In this document: in pieces, positions 1-11,789 of the stretch
Layout of the letters: every line of letters begins with the position of its first letter
Numbering within the stretch: position 1 is the stretch's first letter
Assembly: GCA_038087875.1 (NCBI GenBank)
Contig: JAXLNO010000434.1
Coordinates: 1 to 47,007 of the forward strand
DNA from: Malacoraja senta
Lineage: Eukaryota
Direction of reading: 5' to 3'
Length of the DNA: 47,007 bases
The notes under the pieces: generated by a model
The model's database searches: none
Seen by the model: the letters and a program-made list of their open reading frames with translations, nothing else
What the model was told of the DNA's origin: nothing
Position numbers and translations under genes: made by a program

Positions 1-861
1 GTATCTCCTGTATACCAAGACTCAGACCCCTCAACACACCAAGGATCCATCAGCCGAGGCAACGGAAACCATCGTCCAATCGCCAGCAAAAATTATGAAT
101 TTGAAATAAAATCTTCAGGGAAATCGCAGTGAGATTCGTCCAAGATGATACAAGTGATAGCGGATCAACATTGTCGCCTTCCAGCCCGAGTCCCCGGCGC
201 CGAGACGTCGGCCACTGAGGGGAGAACAAAGAGGATTCAGTCTGTGAGTTCCGGAGCAACAGCGATACAACGGACACAAGTTTATCCAGTGGGGCTTCTC
301 CACAAACCATCCCTCCCCACACACTGGGCAATAAGTCGCGGACAAATTGTCACCGCTCGGACTGTGAATCAGTGTGCCGCAGTTTCAATGAGAATCGCTG
401 CTTTGGGCGGGACTTGTAGCAGCAGGTAAACAACACCGCAGCCTGATTTCCACACAAAGGAAACCTGCAGCGACCCTCCCACTAACCTGCCCCCGTCTTG
501 TCTATTGGCAACCGCCGTCTCAGCTAGAGCGTTGGGGGCGGGCGCGGATACACCTGGGCTCAGAACAGAGCGAGTTATACAGGGAGCTGCAGAACAAAGG
601 AGCAGGGAACAGCACAGCACGTAAACACATGCTGGGAACAAAGTACTACAGACGCTGGTTAATACACACAAGGACACAGGGCCAGTTCAACACCTACAAC
701 ACAGTCCGAGTGCCACAGCCAGGACAACGGGCCGTTAAGGCCAAGATAAAACACTCTACCAAAAATAACTTTGAACATTTAAATACACAAGTTGGCGGCA
801 GAAGCGTGGCGACTATTTGTGCAAGCCTCGGTGAAGTCTAGTATACTTACACTACAATCGT

Positions 862-990
862 AGAAACATAGAAAATAGGTGCAGGAATGGGCCCTTCGGC
901 CCTTCGAGCCAGTACCGCTATTCAATATGATCATGGCTGATCATCAAAAACCACTACGCAGTTCCGGCTTGTTCCCCATATCCCTTGACA
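862..990 (-). mobile_element. HER1/CR1 LINE 3' end fragment
   Basis: Matches the 3' UTR seen repeatedly in this window (gaaaataggtgcagga...ggcccttcgagcc...atcatggctgatc) with the tagaaaca tail. Confidence 0.85.
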
Positions 991-1157
991 CTTCCCTTGA
1001 AATCGTTGCACATTTGTACTGATCTATCCTTGTGCTTGTCTAGAGTTTGACTTTAAGGATTATATGGAAAGCAAGAATGTCACCGTACCAAAGTGTATGT
1101 GACAATAAAGTACAATTGAATCATTGACAGTGTTGGGGTCGGTGGACTGGTAATATT

Positions 1158-1951
1158 ATAGACAATAGACAATAGACAATAGGTGCAGGAGTAGGCCATT
1201 CGGCCCCTCGAGCCAGCACCGCCATTCAATGTGATCATGGCTCATCATCCACAATCAATACCCCGTTCCTTCCTTCTCCACATATCCCCTGACCTCCGCA
1301 ATTTTTTAAGAGCCCTATCTAGCTTTCTCTTGAAAGCATCCAGAGAACCCGCCTCCTCCGCCCTCTGAGGCAGAGAATTCCACAGACTCACCCACTCTCT
1401 GTGAGAAAAAGTGTTTCCTGGTCTCCGTTCTAAATGGCTTACCCCTTATTCTTAAACTGTGGCCCCTGGTTCTGGACTCCCCAACATCGGGAACATGTTT
1501 CCTGCCTCTAGCGTGTCCAAACCCTTAACAACCTTACATGTTTCAATAAGATGCCCTTTCATCCTTCTAAACCCCAGAGTGTACAAGCCCAGCTGCTCCA
1601 TTCTCTCAGCATATGACAGTCCCGCCATCCCGGGAATTAAGCTTGTAAACCTACGCTGCACTCCCTCAATAGCAATAATGGCCTTCCTCAAATTAGGGGA
1701 CCAACCCTGCACACAATACTCCAGGTGTGGTCTCACTGGGGCTCTGTACAACTGTAGAAGGACCTCTTTGCTCCTATATTCGATTCCTCTTGTTATAAAG
1801 GCCAACATGCCATTCACTTTCTTCACTGCCTGCTGTACCTGCATTCTTACTTTCATAGACTGGAGTACAAGGACCCCCAGATCCAGTTGTACTTCCCCTT
1901 TTCCCAACTTGACGCTATTTAGATAGGAATCTGCCTTCCTGTTTTTGCTAC
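1158..1951 (-). mobile_element. 5'-truncated HER1/CR1 LINE (RT C-terminus plus 3' UTR)
   Basis: ORF 1452..1907 contains the CR1 ORF2 motifs LYRAPVRPHLEYCVQ and QRRFT; (agacaat)n tail at the left end. Confidence 0.92.
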
Positions 1952-1954
1952 CAC

Positions 1955-3118
1955 ATCACATCTATAGTCATGGACGCTGCAACTAAGCTGGATGTACATG
2001 CCATCGCTGTCACAGACTCCATCAGCAAGTATGGACAGGGCTGTGGACCATATAATGCGATACGTTTATTCACCAAACGGAAACCATGGGTGAACCGTGA
2101 GCTCCACTCCCAGGTGAAGCCCAAGTTTCCTTTAGTTCAGAGATACAGCCCGGAAACAGGCCCTTCGGCCCAGAGAGTTAGCGCTGACCTGCGATCCCCG
2201 TACATTAACATTATCCAATGTACACTGGGGACAATTTACAATGATATGAAACCATTTAACTTAAAAACCTGTACGCCTTTGGAGTGTGGGAGGAAACCGG
2301 GGCGCACGGAGAAACCTCACGCAGGTCACGGGGAGAATGTACAAACTCCGCACGGACAGCATCCATGGTCAGGATTGAACCCGGGTCCCTGGCGCTGTAA
2401 GGCATCAACTCTACCGCTGCGCCAACGTGCCGAACCAAGTCTACAGCGTTAAAGTCAAACTATGCCGTGCGGCACAGGAAATTTATCAATGGCCGTCGCA
2501 GAGCCATTAAGGATGCCAAGAGGGAATTCCGGACCAAGCTGGAGACACGAGGCAATGAGACGGATTCCCGCATTCTCCGCCCGCTTAGAACAGAATGTCT
2601 GGAGGAATGTCTCCCGCTCCCTCAGTCTCGGGTTCACCTGTACCAACGGTTACTGCCACAGGCGTAAGATCGGCCATCCTGAGAGTGAATCTGTGGAGAG
2701 CAACTGGGTCGGATGCAGTCCCCTACTGTCCTCACGATACACTCAGGACTGTGCGCCCAAATTCGGCTTTAACCACATCTACAAGTCTGCAGGTGACAAC
2801 TCTGTGGTGGGCGGATGATGAACAAGAACTAGACGGAACACAAGGGGAAGACGGGGAGCTTAGCAACACGGTGGGTGTCAGGAGATCACTCTCTCACTCA
2901 ATGCCAGCAACACGAAGGAGCTAGTTATTGTGTTCAGGAATCTTGATAGAGTACCCTGCCTCAATCTGCATCAATGGGGCCAAAGTGGAAATGGTTGTGA
3001 ACTTGAAATAGCTTGGCATGAATATTACCAATGACTTGTCATGGACCGATCATATTGAAACGACAGCCAATAAAGCACACCAACAGGAACCTGAGGAAAT
3101 TCAGCATGTCTCCAATGA
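1955..3118 (+). mobile_element. Degenerate Rex1/Babar LINE fragments, interrupted by a SINE
   Basis: Translated pieces (KPWVN; RRAIKDAKREFRTKLE; a decayed LYSL.T.DC / KSAGD.TVVG region) are homologous to the Rex1 ORF at 27078-29500. Confidence 0.75.
2127..2432 (-). mobile_element. HE1-type tRNA-derived V-SINE
   Basis: Minus strand begins GGCACGTTGGCGCAGCGGTAGAG (A box) ... CCGGGTTCAATCC (B box), followed by the V-SINE core. Flanked by a ccaagt direct repeat. Homologous to 39401-39709. Confidence 0.9.
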
Positions 3119-3119
3119 G

Positions 3120-4050
3120 GAAGATCTTAGGGTTAAAGGAATCAAAGGATATGGGGAGAAAGCCGGAATGGGCTACTGATTTTGGATGATCAAACATGAT
3201 CATATTGAATGGCGGTGCTGGCTCGAAGGGCCGAACAACCTACTCCTGCACCCATTTTCTATTATTCTGTGATTCTTACACACTTCAGGTTTCGGTGCTG
3301 TTTGTCATCTATATCAATGATTTGGATGAGGAAATACAAAGTAGAATTTGGAAGTTTGCAGGTGTCACTAAGGGTGGTGATATGGTAGATAGCGATGATA
3401 GTTGTTCAGAATAAAAGCAGGACCTTGATCAGATGAACAGGTAGGTTGAGCAATTGTTGATGGCGTTGAATATAGAGAATAGTGAAGCTTTGCATTTTCG
3501 GAAGTCACACCAGCGCATGACTTGTAGAGTGAATTGCAGGGCTCTGGTGAGTGTTGCAGTGGAGAGGAATCCAGCAGTGCAGGTACATAGCTCCTTGAAA
3601 GTGGCGACACATGTAGAAATTGTGGTCAAGGCATTTGGCACATTGGCCTTCATCAATCAGTGTTAAATATAGATGTTGGGAGGTCATATTACAGTTCGAG
3701 AAGACATTGGTGAGGCCTCACAGAGTATTTTGTTCAGTTTTGGTCATCCTGTTGTAGGAAAGATGGTGTTAAGCTGGGAAGGGTACAGAAGAGGTTGACT
3801 AGGATGTAGAAAGATACTCGAGTGCCTGAGCTATGTGGCGAGGTTGAGGAGGCTTGGACTTTATTTATTGGAGCGCAGGAGGATGAGGGGTGCTATTATA
3901 GAGGCGTACAATATCATGAGAGGAATAGATAGGGTATATGTACAGATTTTCAGCCAGAGTCAGGGATTAAACCAGGGGACATGTTTCAATGTGAGGGGTG
4001 AGAGATTGAATCGGAACCTGAGCGGTAAATTATTTAAACAGAGCATAGAT
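3120..4050 (+). mobile_element. Older CR1-type LINE fragments
   Basis: Decayed LFVIYINDLD...KFA motif and CR1 C-terminal motifs (RLRRLGLY), plus a HER1 3' UTR piece at 3125-3270. Confidence 0.8.
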
Positions 4051-5572
4051 ACATATATACATAGAAAATATGTGCCGGAGTAGGCCATTCGGCCCTTCGA
4101 GCCTGCACCGCCATTCAATATGATCATGGCTGATCATCGAACTCAGTATCCCGTACCTGCCTTCTCTCCATACCCCCTGATCCCTTTAGCCGCAAGGGCC
4201 ACATCTAACTCCCTCTTAAATATAGCCAATGAACTGGCCTCAACTACCCTCTGTGGCAGAGAGTTCCAGAGATTCACCACTCTCTGTGTGAAAAAGTTTT
4301 TCCTCATCTCGGTCTTAAAGGATTTCCCCCTCATCCTTAAGCTGTGACCCCTTGTCCTGGACTTCCCCAACATCGGGAACAATCTTCCTGCATCTAGCCT
4401 GTCCCAACCCCATAAGAATTTTGCACGTTTCTATAAGATCCCCTCTCAATCTCCTAAATTCTAGCGAGTATAAGCCAAGTCTATCCAGTCTTTCTTCATA
4501 TGAAAGTCCTGACATCCCAGGAATCAGTCTGGTGAACCTTCTCTGCACTCCCTCTATGGCTATAATGTCCTTCCTCAGATTTGGAGATCAAAACTGTACG
4601 CAATACTCCAGGTGTGGTCTCACCAAGACCCTGTACAACTGCAGTAGAACCTCTCTGCTCCTATACTCAAATCCTTTTGCTATGAAAGCTAACGTACCAT
4701 TCGCTTTCTTCACTGCCTGCTGCACCTGCATGCCTACTTTCAATGACTGGTGTACCATGACACCCAGTTCTCGCTGCATCTCCCCATTTCCTAATCGGCC
4801 ACCATTTAGATAATAGTCTGCTTTCCTGTTTTTGCCACCAAAGTGGATAACCTCACATTTGTCCACATTATACTGCATCTGCCAAACATTTGCCCACTCA
4901 CCCAGCCTATCCAAGTCACCTTGCAGTCTCCTAGCATACTCCTCACAGCTAACACTGCCCCCCAGCTTAGTGTCATCCGCAAACTTGGAGATGTTGTCTT
5001 CAATTCCCTCATCCAGTTCATTAATATAAATTGTAAATAGCTGGGGTCCCGGCACTGAGCCTTGCGGTACCCCACTAGTCACTGCCTGCCATTGTGAAAA
5101 GGACCCGTTTACTCCTACTCTTTGCTTCCTGTTTGCCAGACAGTTCTCTATCCACATCAATACTGAACCCCCAATACCGTGTGCTTTAAGTTTGTATACT
5201 AATCTCTTATGTGGTACCTTGTCGAAAGCCTTCTGAAAGTCCAGATCCAACACATCCACTGGTTCTCCCCTATCCAATCTACTAGTTACATCCTCGAAAA
5301 ATTCTATAAGATTCGTCAGACACGACTTACCTTTCGTAAATCCATGCTGACTTTGTCCAATGATTTCACCACTTTCCAAATGTGCTGCTATCCCATCTTT
5401 AATAACTGATTCTAGCAGTTTCCCCACTACCGATGTTAGACTAACTGGTCTATAATTCCCCGTTTTCTCTCTCCCTCCCTTCTTAAAAAGTGGGGTTACG
5501 TTTGCTACCCTCCAATCCTCATGAACTACTCCAGAATCTAAAGAGTTTTGAAAAATCATCACTAATGCATCC
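4051..5572 (-). mobile_element. Young HER1/CR1 LINE, 5'-truncated, RT domain
   Basis: ORF 4588..5658 has NYRPVSLTSVVGK, LDFQKAFDKVPH, GVPQGSV and KFADDTK; frameshifted continuation QRRFTRLIPG; typical 3' UTR. Confidence 0.96.
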
Positions 5573-5795
5573 ATGGTAGGTGTATGGATCGAGCTACTGG
5601 ATGAGATAGACGAGGCAGGTGCTATGACAATATATAAGAAACATTTACAGATGTACATAGATGGAGGGGTATTGCCTTAATCTGATAGGTGCCTAGCGTC
5701 GATGATGCTTGTTGCTCAGCAGAGGCAAGCTGGGTGGAATGGCCTCTTTGCGCGTTGTATGCCTCTCTGTCTCTTCTGAGTATATCCTTCCTGCA

Positions 5796-5930
5796 TCCTC
5801 CTCCTCCTCCTCCTCCTCCTCCTCTTCCTCTTCCTCCTCGTCATCCTCTTCCTCCTCCTCTTCCTCTTCCTCTTCCTCTTCCTCTTCCTCTTCCTCTTCC
5901 TCTTCCTCTTCCTCTTCCTCCTCCTCCTTC
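5796..5930. repeat. (CCT)n/(CCTCTT)n polypyrimidine microsatellite
   Basis: Directly visible tandem tri-/hexanucleotide run of about 135 bp. Confidence 0.97.
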
Positions 5931-5934
5931 TTTG

Positions 5935-6490
5935 TCAGAAGCTCGGCAATTACTTCAGTCTCCTGAATATTATCAGCAGGTTTACTGTGTTGTTCATCCT
6001 ATCCCCTCTCGTCGGCTTCTCTTTACACTTGTCCAACAGTTCATCTGTTGTTAAAAAAGAATCATCAGCTTCTCTTGTTTATCAACATGGTCCCCAATCT
6101 TCATCGTCTCCAGTCTCCGCCATGGTTGTTACTCACCACAGATCATTATGTTTGGCCAGCTTTGGTGAGGTCTATGACTCTCATGGATACATGGGTACAG
6201 TGTAAATCTTTGTATTGCATGCTATCCAAACGTTTCACATATATCATATGTAGATACAAACAGTTCAAACTTGTACAATGGATAGAGCAAATACGAAGAA
6301 ACAGAATGCAGACTATAATTCGAGCTGCGGACTATCATGCTGAATATCGTTCTTTATTCTCATCAAACCCTGATTTATCCGTAAATGTGTAAGAATGAAC
6401 AACATCTGCGCAAAGCGCATTGCGGAATTCTGGTCTATCTTTGTCCTAAGAAACGGACATTCACAGTTGTAGAATTCGAGCTTTTTGTAA
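5935..6490 (-). pseudogene. Decayed coding blocks A1/B1 of the triplicated unknown gene unit
   Basis: Homologous to 10850-11080 and 12965-13950. The minus frame TREADDSFLTTDELLDKCKEK is preserved across copies with synonymous changes; stops and frameshifts are present. Confidence 0.6.
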
Positions 6491-6659
6491 AAACACAAAA
6501 GATTCATTCAAGCAGATGCAGAAACTTTTATTTAAATGTTCTGAAGCGCACAGCTAGAGCGACAGATGATGCAATACTGATCTCACCTTTGAGACCTCCC
6601 ACTGGCTTGGCGGAGTTGTAAACAATTAAGATGCGAGGCACATTAGGTTTCAGGTACAG

Positions 6660-7775
6660 GTTTAGGATTAGGATTATTATTGTGAAATATACCGAGATAG
6701 AGTGGGAAATAAACTGTGTTTGCATGTTATCCAGGCAACCAGATATTTTGTGCATAGGTACAATCATTTGAAACTCACGTATAACAGATAGAGCAAAGGA
6801 GAATATACAGTGTGCAGAATATAGTTTCAGCAATGTAGCGCATCAGCTCCAGAGACTAAGTCCAATGTCATCAAAGGGGACATGTGAATTCAACAGCACC
6901 ATATCTTATGGAAGGACCATTAAGCATCCCGATAACGGACGGGAAGAAGCTACTGGTGGTGCGCGCTTTCACATGTGTGCACTTCCTGCTGACTGGAGCA
7001 GTGAGAACAAGGAATGGTCGAGGTGAAACAGGTCTTTGATAATATTGGCTGCTTTTCCGAGGCAGCGTAAAGTGTAGATGGATTCAGTGGTAAGAAGTCT
7101 GGTCTGTGTGATGGACTTGGCTACATCTACAAATCTCTGCAATTGCTTGCGTTCTCAGGCAGAGCTTTTCTCAAAAGAAGCAGCCCTACATTATACTGTC
7201 CTTGGTGCATCTACAGACGTTTGGAAGAGTCACTGGAGACATGCCGAGATTTATCTGTCACATCAGGATATAAAGGGGTTAGTGCGCCTTCTGGATTGTT
7301 GCATCTATGATCCACGACAGCCCTTTGATAGTATTAACACAAAGGGGAAGCTGTCAACCATTTCCACTTCTGCACCATTGATGCTGATTGAGCATGTCCT
7401 GCACCATGCTTCCTGAAGTTAATAACTAGCTTCATCGTCCTGCTGATATTGAGGGGAAGATTATTGTCCTGGCACCATGTATCTTAGTTTTCTATCTACC
7501 TCCTGTACTCCATATTGTCATTATTCTCCATGTGACCCAACACAATCGGGTTGTGAGCAAACCTGTAGATGTTATTAAAGCCAAATGTGTCCCTACAGTC
7601 GAGAGTGTAAAGGGAGTATAGATGGAGGCAAAGAACACATCATTGCAGGGAACCGATGTGGAGAGTGAGTATGGAGGAGATGCTGTCCCCTATCCTCACT
7701 GACTGAGGTCCGGGGCATTGGGGCCTTGGAAGCAGTGACAGAGGTAGAGCAGATTCCGAGGTCCCGTGGTTTGGA
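6660..7775 (-). mobile_element. Old Rex1-like LINE remnant inside the triplicated unit
   Basis: Decayed RT C-terminal and 3' UTR sequence; related remnants lie at the equivalent position in the other units (about 11210-11770 and 14100-15270). Confidence 0.6.
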
Positions 7776-7784
7776 GATAACAGC

Positions 7785-8525
7785 CATTCTTCTCCCAGCA
7801 GGCACAGGTACACACGGTCACACGCACAATGCCAAGCTCAAGTCTGTTTGACAATTCAATATCATAATTACAAACTGTTTTTGATTCCTTATTCACTTCC
7901 ACTCAGGTCTCATCAGCGTTGGTTTCCCTATTTGCCACAAATACCTTCGCCCCAACCCTGTTTACATTTCATTAATGGTCATTTTTGTTTTCTGTAGATT
8001 CAGATATATCTGCGAGAATATTTTACATCTGACTTCAGTCACTCCAAGGTGAATTCTTATTCAGAACGATGATCCTAATGTGATCATTCATATGCGGGCT
8101 GTAATTCTCTCAAAATCTATCCTGCAAAGGCCTCGCAGAAGTCCCGATGTCGAGGTCAATACATTCATTTGTTGTTCTTACGAACTGCACAGAATGGATG
8201 AACTGGTCAATTGTTCACCTTTGAGAGCCACTTGATGCGACGGATACGTCTCGAATTCTGTCTCTGCCCCGAGTCGAATGTAAGTATCGCTTTCCTGAAT
8301 AACGATAGTGCCAGGGCATAATATTCTGCAGACTAAGTGCTGGTAGATGGGATTTAGTAATTGGACAGCAGACGCACACACAGTGTTTCGGCCTATTTCT
8401 CTGCTGTGTGACAATGACTATTGGTCCAGTGTGTGCACGTTTCTCCACACGTGGTATCACCGTCAGTATTTATAGCCGGGTTCACCACTATGTCCTTGTG
8501 TGGGCAACTCGACAGTTGCCATAGG
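7785..8525 (-). pseudogene. Decayed coding block C1 plus block L1 of the triplicated unit
   Basis: Aligns with 11790-12655. Minus frame PAINTDGDTTCGETCTHWTNSHCHTAEK...EYYALA...ETYPSHQVALK...IHLGVTEVRCKIFSQIYL, with many synonymous differences from copy 2. Confidence 0.62.
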
Positions 8526-8527
8526 TA

Positions 8528-9687
8528 TTTAAGAAGGAACTGCAGATGCTGGAAAATCGAAGGTACCCAAAAATGCTGGAGAAACTCAGCGGGTGTAGCA
8601 GCATCTATGGAGCGAAGGAAATAGGCAACGTTTCGGGCCGAACCCCTTCTTCAGAATGATGGGGGGTGGGGAGAAGAAAGGAAAAAGGCGGAGGAGAAGC
8701 CCGAGGGCTGAGGGATGGGAGGAGACAGCCCGAGGCTTGAGGAAGGGGAGGGCTAACAGAGTAGGGAGAATTCAATGTTCATGCCCCCAGGATGCAGACT
8801 CCCCAAGCGGAATATGAGGTGCTGTTCCTCCAATTTCCGGTGTTACTCGCTCTGGCCATGGAGGAGACCCAGGACAGAGAGGTCGGTTACGGAATGGGAG
8901 GGGGAGTTGAAGTGCTGAGCCACCGGGAGGTCAGGTTGGTTATTGCCGACCGAGCGGAGGTGTTCGGCGAAACGATCGCCAAGCCTCCGCTTGGTCTCAC
9001 CGATGTAGTTCAGCTGACATCTAGAGCAGCGGATACAATAGATGAGGTTGGACGAGATGCAGGTGAACCTCTGTCGCACCTGGAATGACTGCTTAGGTCC
9101 TTGAATGGAGTCGAGGGGAGAGGTGAAGGGACAAGTGTTGCATCTCTTGCGGTTGCAAGGGAAAGTGCCCGGGGAGGGGGTGGTACGGGAGGGAAGGGAA
9201 GAATTGACAAGGGAGTTACGGAGGGAGCGGTCTTTGCGGAAGGCAGACATGGGGGGAGATGGGAAGATGTGGCGAGTGGTGGGGTCACGTTGGAGGTGGC
9301 GAAACTGACGGAGGATCACTTGTTGTATGTGACGGCTGGTGGGGGTGAAAGGTGAGGACTAGGGGGACTCTGCCCTTGTTGTGAGTGGGGGGATGGGGAG
9401 AGAGAGCAGTGTTGCGGGGTATGGCAGAGACCCTGGTGTGAGCCTCATCTATGGTGGAGTAGGGGAACCTCCGTTCCCTGAAGAATGAGGACATTTCGGA
9501 TGCCCTGGTGTGGAACGCCTCATCCTGGGAGCAGATGCGGCGTAGACGGAGGAATTGGGAGTAGGGGATGGAGTCCTTATTGGGAGCAGGATGGGAAGAA
9601 GTGTAGTCCAGATAGCCATGGGAGTCGGTAGGTTTATAGTGGATGTCGGTCAGAAGTCTATCACCTGCGATGGAGATAGTGAGGTGA
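8528..9687 (-). mobile_element. Penelope-like element (RT C-terminus plus GIY-YIG endonuclease), 5'-truncated
   Basis: ORFs 9285..9746 (TDIHYKPTDSHGYLDYTSSHP, SIPYSQFLRLRRICS) and 8843..9319 (NLIYCIRC...NYIGETKRRLGDRFAEH). Flanked by the 14 bp near-duplication agttgc(c/a)ataggta at 8514-8527 and 9688-9701. Confidence 0.93.
8624..8654 (-). ncRNA. Minimal hammerhead-ribozyme-like motif in the Penelope terminus
   Basis: Minus strand CTGAAGA-AGGGGTTCGGCCC-GAAACGTT fits CUGANGA-stem II-GAAA. Penelope termini are known to carry minimal type I hammerheads. Confidence 0.65.
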
Positions 9688-9844
9688 AGTTGCAATAGGT
9701 AGCCAGGTTTGGTTATTTCTGTTGAGTAATAAATGTTGGGCAGCAACTAATTCTGCACCAATGTTGATGTGCGTTGACGAGCCAGTTTACACTCTCATCT
9801 AGACAACGCCAATGTTTGTGGGCGTATGAATTGCGAAACAGTAA

Positions 9845-10354
9845 AGGGCCTGTCCCACTTGTATGCGACTGCACGCGTTTGGCGCGACCAAAACGGAAGT
9901 GAAGTTCGCGCTGTTAGCGCTAAGTTCGCGGTAAGTACGTGCAAAGTACACGGTAAGTATGCGCTAAGTTCGCGACTGATGTAATTCGCGTCATACTTAC
10001 CAATCAGCTGGGCAGGAGGCGGGCCGATTGAATTTGAGCGTCGCACGGCGTCGGGGGGTGAAGTCATCGCGCAATGCCACGCGCTAGGCGTACGCCGCCA
10101 AGATGCTGCGGTCGACATCAAGACGCTGCATAGGCCGTCAGGACACTGCGTACGCCCTCAATGCGCCTGCGAGTCGACAGGCTGTTGGTGCGCGGAATTT
10201 TCGGACAGTGCAGGATTTTCGGAGCCCAGCCCCGCACAACACCATACGCTTCCACGCTTCGAAGTGGGACCGGCCCCACGCGGCCCGTACGCCTCAAGCG
10301 ACCACGTTTGGTCGCACCAGACGCATGCAATCGCATGCAAGTGGGACAGGCCCT
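9845..10354. mobile_element. Non-autonomous PIF/Harbinger-type MITE
   Basis: About 48 bp imperfect TIRs (agggcctgtcccacttg...caagtgggacaggccct), a 3 bp TAA target duplication (9842-9844, 10355-10357) and a CpG-rich, partly palindromic interior. Confidence 0.88.
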
Positions 10355-10448
10355 TAACACAGCGTGCATTTGTTTAGACTAGATCGGAGCTTTCATAAGC
10401 TCATTCATTTCAGACATTAGATACATTGTCCTCTCAAGCGGAAGTCTT

Positions 10449-10795
10449 AGACAATAGACAATAGTCAATAGGTGCAGGAGTAGGCCATTCGGCCCTTCGA
10501 GCCAGCACCGCCATTCAATGTGATCATGGCTGATCTTCCCCAATCAGTACCCCGTTCCTGCCTTCTCCCCATATCCCCTGACTCCGCTATTTTTAAGAGC
10601 CCTATCTCGCTCTCTCTTGAAAGCATCCAGAGAACCGGCGTCCACCGCCCTGTGAGGCAGATAATTCCGCAGACTCACCACTGTCTGTGAGAAAAAGTGT
10701 TTCCTCGTCTCCGTTCTATATGGCTTACTCCTTATTCTTAAACTGTGGCCCCTGGTTCTGGACCCCCCCAACATCGGGAACATGTTTCCTGCGTC
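10449..10795 (-). mobile_element. HER1/CR1 3' fragment
   Basis: ORF 10544..10798 (SRTRGHSLRI...GYGEKAGTGY) and the (agacaat)n tail. Confidence 0.9.
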
Positions 10796-10809
10796 CATGT
10801 TTCCTGCAT

Positions 10810-11085
10810 CTTCTGAATCTTCTGGGTTTATCCTTTTGTCCTATTTTATTTCCGATGCCCGGCAATAACTGCGGTCCGCAATACAGTATTAGCATTTTAC
10901 TCGATTCTGTCTCCTACCCCCACACCTCATCTTCTCACGCATTTGTCGAACTGTTCATTTGCGGTTAACAAGGATGCATCAACTTCTCTTGTATATAAAC
11001 AGCGACTGTGTCACGTGGGTAATCTTTGCCCCATCATTGTACTTATATTCACGCAGTTGTTAGTTATCTCCAATCATTAGATTTG
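10810..11085 (-). pseudogene. Decayed block B2 of the triplicated unit
   Basis: Homologous to 5935-6140 and 13450-13620; minus frame TREVDASLLTANEQFDKC. Confidence 0.55.
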
Positions 11086-11789
11086 TCTGGGTTCGGCTAG
11101 ATGTATTATTGCCGCATGTACGTATTTACAGTGAAAAGCCTGGTTTTGCATGATATCCACTCAGACCAGTCACACCATACATGGACACAATAGAAAATAT
11201 ATCTGCAATATCTTGCCGTCTTGACTAGAACTATTTACAAACCAGGCTGTGATGCATCCTGACCTTCTGCTTTCCATGGCACATCTGGAGATGTTTGTAG
11301 AGGTTTTGTCAGTCTCCTGCGGAAGTCGAGTGTGCCTTCTTGGTTGTCTGAACAGTGTGGTTCATCCAGGACACATCGGTGTTAATATTAACGCCAAACA
11401 ACTTGAGCCTCAACTATTTCCACTTCCGCGCCAATAATCCTGATTTACGCATGTACTCCACCTTGCTTCCAGGAATTAATAACTAGCCCCTTCATCTTGA
11501 TGATGTTGATGGAGAGACTATTGTTCTGACACAATGTGAGTAGGTACATTATCTCTTCCCTGAACTCCGCCTCATAATTGTCCCTGATCCGGCCCATCAC
11601 AGGGTTGTCGTCAGAGAACAATGGAAAGTGTAAAGAGAGAATCGCAGGGGGCCGAGAAATCACCCTTGCAGGGCGCCGGTGTTGAGAGTAATTATGGAGG
11701 AGATGTTGTCACCTGTCGTCACTGACTCGGGTCCGTGGGCCATAGGGCCGATGAACCAGTGGCAGAGGGCGGATCACATACCTAGGCCA

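Noticed and set aside
5689..6054. Poly-Pro, poly-Ser or poly-Glu protein ORFs
   Set aside because: Microsatellite expansion that is absent from the two paralogous units.
6385..6621. Cystatin-like plus-strand ORF
   Set aside because: The frame is not preserved in the paralog near 13850-14050 and there is no QxVxG or PW motif.
8030..8056. WSxWS cytokine-receptor / IL-12p40-like motif (NSPWSD*S; NSPWSDWD in copy 2)
   Set aside because: The neighbouring frame IHLGVTxxRCxxxSQIYL is open in both copies and fits codon-position variation better. Kept only as an alternative hypothesis.
7998..8290. Plus-strand exon pair suggested by conserved GTGAAT and GTAAGT donors
   Set aside because: The spliced frames I tested contain stops, and the synonymous signal favours the minus strand.
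8350..8470. Kringle-like pattern TxCGxxCxxW...NY
   Set aside because: Spacing is off and the downstream conserved Cys/Trp residues are missing.
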